From: an uncultured delta proteobacterium
GTDB lineage: Bacteria; Myxococcota; Myxococcia; Myxococcales; Anaeromyxobacteraceae
Direction of reading: 5' to 3'
DNA length: 64,000 nucleotides
Assembly (NCBI GenBank): GCA_963828255.1
Contig: CAWHDZ010000003.1
Location: 128,001 to 192,000 of the forward strand
Shown here: one piece after another, positions 59,514 to 64,000 of the stretch
Layout of the letters: the number at the start of each line of letters is the position of its first letter
Numbering within the stretch: position 1 is the stretch's first letter
Made by a program: the position numbers and the translations under genes
Notes under the pieces: generated by a model
Database searches by the model: none
What the model saw: the letters and a program-made list of their open reading frames with translations, nothing else
Told to the model about the DNA's origin: nothing

Positions 59514-62500
59514 CGTTCAGGTAGGTCCGGATCTCCCACTCGTTGCCCAGCGCACCCGGGTCGGCTGGATTGGGCAGGAAGCGGTTGGAGAAGCCGTTCA
59601 GCGTCCGGTAGGTGCCGCGCAGGCCGATGCTGGTCTGCGGGGCGGCGATCCACATGGGGATGCCGAAGGAGTAGGAGAGGTCGCCCATGACCTGCATCGG
59701 GTAGGTGAGGTTGAAGTCCTTGTAGTAGTCGTAGGCGCCCCAGTCGTTGAACCGGAGGAAGGTCTGGAAGAGCACCGACCTCCAGGACGCCCGCCCCTCG
59801 AGGCCGTAGCGGTTCACGATGCGCGTGTTCGGTCCGATGGCCTGCTGCTGCCCGCCGTAGATCTTCCCGGCGAACCGGAGGTCGGCGTGGGGCGAACCCA
59901 CGAGCCGCAGCGAGAGTTCCCACACGTTGGCGGGCTCCCAGCCGATGGCGAAGGACACGCGCTCCAGGGTTCCATTCGGGATGAAGGTGGCCGCGTCGCT
60001 GGGGGTCGGCTGGTGACGGAAGGTGAAGTCGAGGCTCGCCGTCAGGAATCCGTCCTCCCGGGCATCGTTGTCCCACTGCCACATCCAGGAGCCCGGCGTC
60101 GGGTCGAAGGCGATGAGCAACTCGCCGGCGATGGTCTCCCGGTTGTCGCGGACGGCGAAGGGGTCATCGAGGACGTTCCGGGCCGGGAGGCCGGAGTTGC
60201 TGGGTCCGGCCCCCTCGATGGGCTTCTGCCAGAGGAAGTTGGGAGCGAACTGGAACAGGCCCAGGTTGTAGGCGACGCCGGTGAGGAAGTTCACCTGGTT
60301 GCCCGAGCCGGAGTCCTTGAGCGTCCACCCGGTGAAGGTGTGGTTCTTCTCCCAGCCCGTGTCCGCCACGAGCCCCATGTAGGCCCCGGCGCCGTACCAG
60401 TGCCAGTTGCCGGACTCGATGGAGAGCTTGGCCTTGCCGCCGAAGGTGTCACCGACGGTGATCACCTTCGATGCCACCTGGTCTGCGACCTGGTAGCGCT
60501 GGCCGACCTTGCCGGTGCTGTTGGGGGCGAAGATGGTGGAGGCCCCGGACTGCACGACGCCGGCCTGGAGCCGGGCGATGCCCCACCGGGCGCTCAGGGA
60601 GAGCGCCGTCTGTCGCTGCTGCTTCTGGGGGACGACCGACGAGGTGTTGAGGGCCGTGTTCACGCCCACCTGCTCCTGGTCCACGAAGGTGAGCTCGTAG
60701 TCGCCGAAGGCACGCGTGTACTTGAGGAAGAGGGCCGGGTTGGCGCCCCACCAGAGCTGCGGGCCGTAGGCCACCTTGAGGCCGTCCAGCGCCTTCTTGC
60801 CGCTCACCACGAAGCCGCTCGGCGCCGCCGCGTTGTAGATGTCGATGTCCCGCTGGTTCCAGGCCGGGTTGTTGGCGTAGTAGGCGTCCTGGTAGAGCGT
60901 GAAGAAGTCGCCCTCGTGGGACCAGGAGATGTGTCCCGTGCGGTAGAAGGCGTTCAGGTTGAACCAGGGCTCGTCCCAGTTGACCTTGGCGTCGTAGACC
61001 TGCACGCGCTCCCGGGCGTTCAGCGTGACCGTGGTGCCGTCCATGCTGGTGACCTGTATCGGGCGTGGCGCCTGGTAGAAGATCTCGTCGATGGGGTTGA
61101 GCGCCACGCCGGCCAGCACGTTGACGGATACGCTGGCGGTGAGCTGCTTCACCGGCTGCACCTCGACCTCCACGAAGAAGGACTCCATGTTGCCGAATCC
61201 CAGGTAGGAGGGGAGCGTCGGCTGCGGATTCTGCTTGTTCGGGGTGGTGATGTTCGTGCCGCCGGTGCTGAAGGTCCAGAACTGGAGCTGGACGTTCTTG
61301 AGCCGCACGCGCTCGGAGAAGGCGGAGGCCAGGCTGGCCTGGTTGGCGCGGCCGGTGACCTCGAGCAGCGCCGGCTCGATGGCGTTGAAGGTGACGCTGA
61401 TCGCGGCGAGGTCGGTGGTGGGCGCGTAGGGCGGGAGCTTGAAGGCCTCCCGCAGCGCGTAGTAGGCGGCGCGGGGATACAGGTTGAAGAGGCCTCGCTC
61501 GTCGGGAGGGCCCTTGGCGCAGAGGCCGAACCACTCCTCGTTCATGTTGTTCTCGCCCTCGACGTAGTCGAACCTGTACCCGCCGTTCGACCAGGAGGCG
61601 TTGGTGTCGTGGACGTCGAGGTTCTCGGTCTGCTTGTACTTCCACCAGCCGTCGCTCCACTGGAAGGTGAAGCCGCCGACGGCGTTGCCGACGCGCCCCT
61701 TGCCGGCCGACTGCTCGTAGATCTCCTGCCAGTTGGCGAGCAGGTAGATGGCCTGGTTGAGGCCGTCCTCGCGCATCTCCTTTGCGTTGAAGGCGTCGGA
61801 GCCGAACTCGGCGAACAGTACCGGGAGGCCGAGCTTGTCCTGGACGACCTGGAAGAGGTCGCCGGCCGACTTGCCGCGGTAGACGTTGGTGCCGAAGACG
61901 TCGAGCCCCTTGCACTCCTGGGCGATGAGGTCGATGTACTGCACGTCACCGTTGGCCATCGTGATCAGGTGGTCGGGATCGCGCGCCTTGGTCTCGCGGA
62001 TGATCTCGCCGAAGAGGGAGTAGAGGTAGCGGGCGCGGCCGGCGTCCCGCTCGCCCACCGGCAGGTTCTCGATCTCGCTGGAGCGCCAGGAGAGGCCGTA
62101 GTTGTTCTCGTTGCCGAGCATCCACATGAGGACGCCGGGCGTGTTCTTGAGCGCGTCCACCATGGCCAGGAACTCCGCCTTGGCGGCGGCGCGGAAGCGA
62201 GGGTCCGAGTAGTCGACCTTGTTCTCCGGGATCCAGACGCCGTCGAGGTTGATGCCGTAGCGCCCCACCGCGTGGTTGACGACGCTGTAGATGCCGTACC
62301 GCTCGAAGATGTGCTTCACCCACTTCGCAGGGATGCCGTCGTAGACGCGGATGGCGTTCACGCCCATGGCCTTCAGGAGCGGCATCTCCCGGGCCAGCGC
62401 CGCCTCGATCATGTCGTCGGGCTGCTTCCACAGGCTGAAGTTGTAGTTCGTGCCGATGGGGAAGTAGTCCCAGTTCACGCCGACGACCATGAAGTCCCGT

Positions 62501-62682
62501 CCGTCGACCTGGATCCGGAAGCCCTTCCCGTCCTTCACGACCTTGGCGTCGCGCCCGCCGCTGGGCGGCAGGCGCGCGGCCTGGGCCGACGCGGCCCCCG
62601 GGCAGAGCAGGAGCAGGGCCACCGCCAGCGCGGGGACTGCCGCGGAGCGCAAACGGGCGAAGATTCTGGGGGACGGATTCAT
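59503..62682 (-). CDS. Exported clan-A glycoside hydrolase (GH2-TIM-like) fused to a probable outer-membrane beta-barrel
   Basis: MGVNAIRVY, WMLGNEN, AEFGSD, FQWSDGWWK, NEEWFG; about 600-aa amphipathic beta C-terminus ending WEIRTYLNVSL. Confidence 0.75.
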   Translation of the reverse strand: MNPSPRIFARLRSAAVPALAVALLLLCPGAASAQAARLPPSGGRDAKVVKDGKGFRIQVDGRDFMVVGVNWDYFPIGTNYNFSLWKQPDDMIEAALAREMPLLKAMGVNAIRVYDGIPAKWVKHIFERYGIYSVVNHAVGRYGINLDGVWIPENKVDYSDPRFRAAAKAEFLAMVDALKNTPGVLMWMLGNENNYGLSWRSSEIENLPVGERDAGRARYLYSLFGEIIRETKARDPDHLITMANGDVQYIDLIAQECKGLDVFGTNVYRGKSAGDLFQVVQDKLGLPVLFAEFGSDAFNAKEMREDGLNQAIYLLANWQEIYEQSAGKGRVGNAVGGFTFQWSDGWWKYKQTENLDVHDTNASWSNGGYRFDYVEGENNMNEEWFGLCAKGPPDERGLFNLYPRAAYYALREAFKLPPYAPTTDLAAISVTFNAIEPALLEVTGRANQASLASAFSERVRLKNVQLQFWTFSTGGTNITTPNKQNPQPTLPSYLGFGNMESFFVEVEVQPVKQLTASVSVNVLAGVALNPIDEIFYQAPRPIQVTSMDGTTVTLNARERVQVYDAKVNWDEPWFNLNAFYRTGHISWSHEGDFFTLYQDAYYANNPAWNQRDIDIYNAAAPSGFVVSGKKALDGLKVAYGPQLWWGANPALFLKYTRAFGDYELTFVDQEQVGVNTALNTSSVVPQKQQRQTALSLSARWGIARLQAGVVQSGASTIFAPNSTGKVGQRYQVADQVASKVITVGDTFGGKAKLSIESGNWHWYGAGAYMGLVADTGWEKNHTFTGWTLKDSGSGNQVNFLTGVAYNLGLFQFAPNFLWQKPIEGAGPSNSGLPARNVLDDPFAVRDNRETIAGELLIAFDPTPGSWMWQWDNDAREDGFLTASLDFTFRHQPTPSDAATFIPNGTLERVSFAIGWEPANVWELSLRLVGSPHADLRFAGKIYGGQQQAIGPNTRIVNRYGLEGRASWRSVLFQTFLRFNDWGAYDYYKDFNLTYPMQVMGDLSYSFGIPMWIAAPQTSIGLRGTYRTLNGFSNRFLPNPADPGALGNEWEIRTYLNVSL

Positions 62683-63716
62683 GCCAGCCTCCTGACGAAA
62701 AGCGCACTGTCCTGTTCCGGGTAGAGGTGACAGCGAACCCGGCGTCCGGGCGCGATCACGCGAGAGGATGGCTCGCTGGCCGCGCAGGCGTCCACGACCT
62801 CCGCACAGCGGGGGGCGAACGGGCAGCCGGCCGCCGCGTGCTCCTCGCCCGCCGAGCGCCGCTTGCCGCCCCCCGGGGCCGCCACCCCGACCCCGGAGAT
62901 CGAGGCGAGCAGGGCGCGGGTGTACGGGTGCGCCGGCGACTCGAGGAGCGCCCGGCTGGGGCCGTCCTCGACCACGCGCCCCCGGTACAGGACCAGGATC
63001 CGGTCCGCCAGGTAGCGCGCCGCCGCGAGGTCGTGGGTGATGAGGAGGATGGCCAGCCCTCGATCGCGCTTCAGGGTGGCGAGCAGGTTGAGGACGCCCG
63101 TGCGGATGGAGACGTCGAGCATCGAGGTTGGTTCGTCGGCCACGAGCAGGTCGGGCTCCACCGCAAGCGCCCGGGCGATGGCCACGCGCTGGCGCTGGCC
63201 GCCGGAGAGCTCGAAGGGCAGCCGGTCGATGAAGTCCTCGGCGGGCAGGAGGCCGACCGTCCGGAGCAGGTCGAGGGCCCGCTCCCGGAGCAGCCCGCCG
63301 CCGCCGGCGCCGAATCGCCTCAAGGGCGGCTCGAGGTGCTCGGAGACCATGCGCACGGGGTTCAGGGAGCCGAACGGGTCCTGGAAGATCATCTGCACCC
63401 GTCCGCGGTAGGCGAGCGAGGCGGCGCGGGGCTCGCGCTCCAGCACGTCGACTCCGTCGAGCCGGATCTGGCCGGAGTCGGGCTGGTCGAGCCGGAGGAG
63501 CAGTCGCGCGATGGTGCTCTTGCCGCTGCCCGACTCGCCCACCAGTGCGACGGCCTCGCCCCGCTCGACCCGGAACGACACCCCCTCGGCGGCGACGACC
63601 CTGCGGACGGGCCGGAAGGGAGTGCGGGTGACGAAGGCCTTCTCTACGTCCCGCACCTCGAGCAGGTGGGGGGTCGGAGGGAAGCCGGTTTCTGCGCCAC
63701 GAGCCACCCAGATCAC
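62679..63716 (-). CDS. ABC ATP-binding subunit (DppF-like)
   Basis: GESGSGKST, FQDPFGSLNP, LSGGQRQR, ADEPT, GCPFAPRC. Confidence 0.93.
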   Translation of the reverse strand: MIWVARGAETGFPPTPHLLEVRDVEKAFVTRTPFRPVRRVVAAEGVSFRVERGEAVALVGESGSGKSTIARLLLRLDQPDSGQIRLDGVDVLEREPRAASLAYRGRVQMIFQDPFGSLNPVRMVSEHLEPPLRRFGAGGGGLLRERALDLLRTVGLLPAEDFIDRLPFELSGGQRQRVAIARALAVEPDLLVADEPTSMLDVSIRTGVLNLLATLKRDRGLAILLITHDLAAARYLADRILVLYRGRVVEDGPSRALLESPAHPYTRALLASISGVGVAAPGGGKRRSAGEEHAAAGCPFAPRCAEVVDACAASEPSSRVIAPGRRVRCHLYPEQDSALFVRRLA

Positions 63717-63750
63717 CTGAGCCTTCTCGTCGGGGGGAAGGGGAAGCGAC

Positions 63751-63799
63751 GCTTTGTTCGATAGCCGAACAAACTAGCCATGGCGGCGTGGAGTGTCAA
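63751..63799 (-). promoter_or_regulatory. Sigma70 promoter with ROK-type operator 3
   Basis: Minus-strand TTGACA-N17-TAGTTT; GCTTTGTTCG-N5-CGAACAAACT (63751-63775). Confidence 0.75.
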
Positions 63800-63830
63800 G
63801 TGCGGCGGCGTCGTGGCGGCGGCGGTCCGG

Positions 63831-64000
63831 TCAGCAGCCCGGAGCCGTGTGGACGTCGATCCGGCGGACGCGACCGGTGCGCTCGAAGACGCTCGCCGAG
63901 GTCTCCCGGTCGAGCGTGTCGCCGGCCACCGGGACGACCCGTCCGTCGGCCAGGGTGACCTCGATCCGGGGCTCGCCGGAGAGGTGGTAGACCACCGGGA
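63831..64000 (-). CDS. 3' end of a CDS resembling the C-terminus of GH149 beta-1,3-glucan phosphorylases
   Basis: Manual translation PVVYHLSGEPRIEVTLADGRVVPVAGDTLDRETSASVFERTGRVRRIDV; resemblance is from memory and fits the locus context. Confidence 0.55.
   Translation of the reverse strand, partial: PVVYHLSGEPRIEVTLADGRVVPVAGDTLDRETSASVFERTGRVRRIDVHTAPGC

Noticed and set aside
1..64000. tRNA (including selC), rRNA, riboswitches, IS elements and strong intrinsic terminators
   Set aside because: None recognised by eye; a covariance-model search would be needed to exclude them.

Overview
GC-rich bacterial DNA, visually about 70% GC, with gene content typical of an Anaeromyxobacter-like myxobacterium (taxonomy is inferred). 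Blocks in order: (1) 0.3-3.4 kb, three toxin-antitoxin-like pairs with apparently leaderless promoters. (2) 5.5-14.4 kb, arylsulfatase, DUF3300, DUF2950, Ca2+/H+ antiporter, VIT-like protein and YdiK. (3) 14.4-16.5 kb, the main finding: two ORFs in the same frame separated by one TGA that is followed by a SECIS-like hairpin, predicting a single 708-aa exported selenoprotein with 11 CxxCH haem motifs and tandem rhodanese domains. (4) Two HD-GYP proteins, thrH, PfpI and a 2715-aa cyclic beta-1,2-glucan synthase. (5) 29-40 kb, a CheB/CheR-PAS gene coupled to an FHA-sigma54 activator, surrounded by five sigma54 promoters that share a helically phased GAACG enhancer motif. (6) 42-64 kb, a beta-1,3/1,6-glucan utilisation locus (GH30, GH81, GH16, a clan-A GH fused to a probable beta-barrel, a partial GH149-like gene, two Ig/CBM lipoproteins, MFS and ABC transporters) with three copies of a ROK operator. 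Two single-base frameshifts in C runs may be assembly errors. No rRNA, tRNA, CRISPR array or transposase was recognised. All family calls come from motif recognition by eye, not from database searches.
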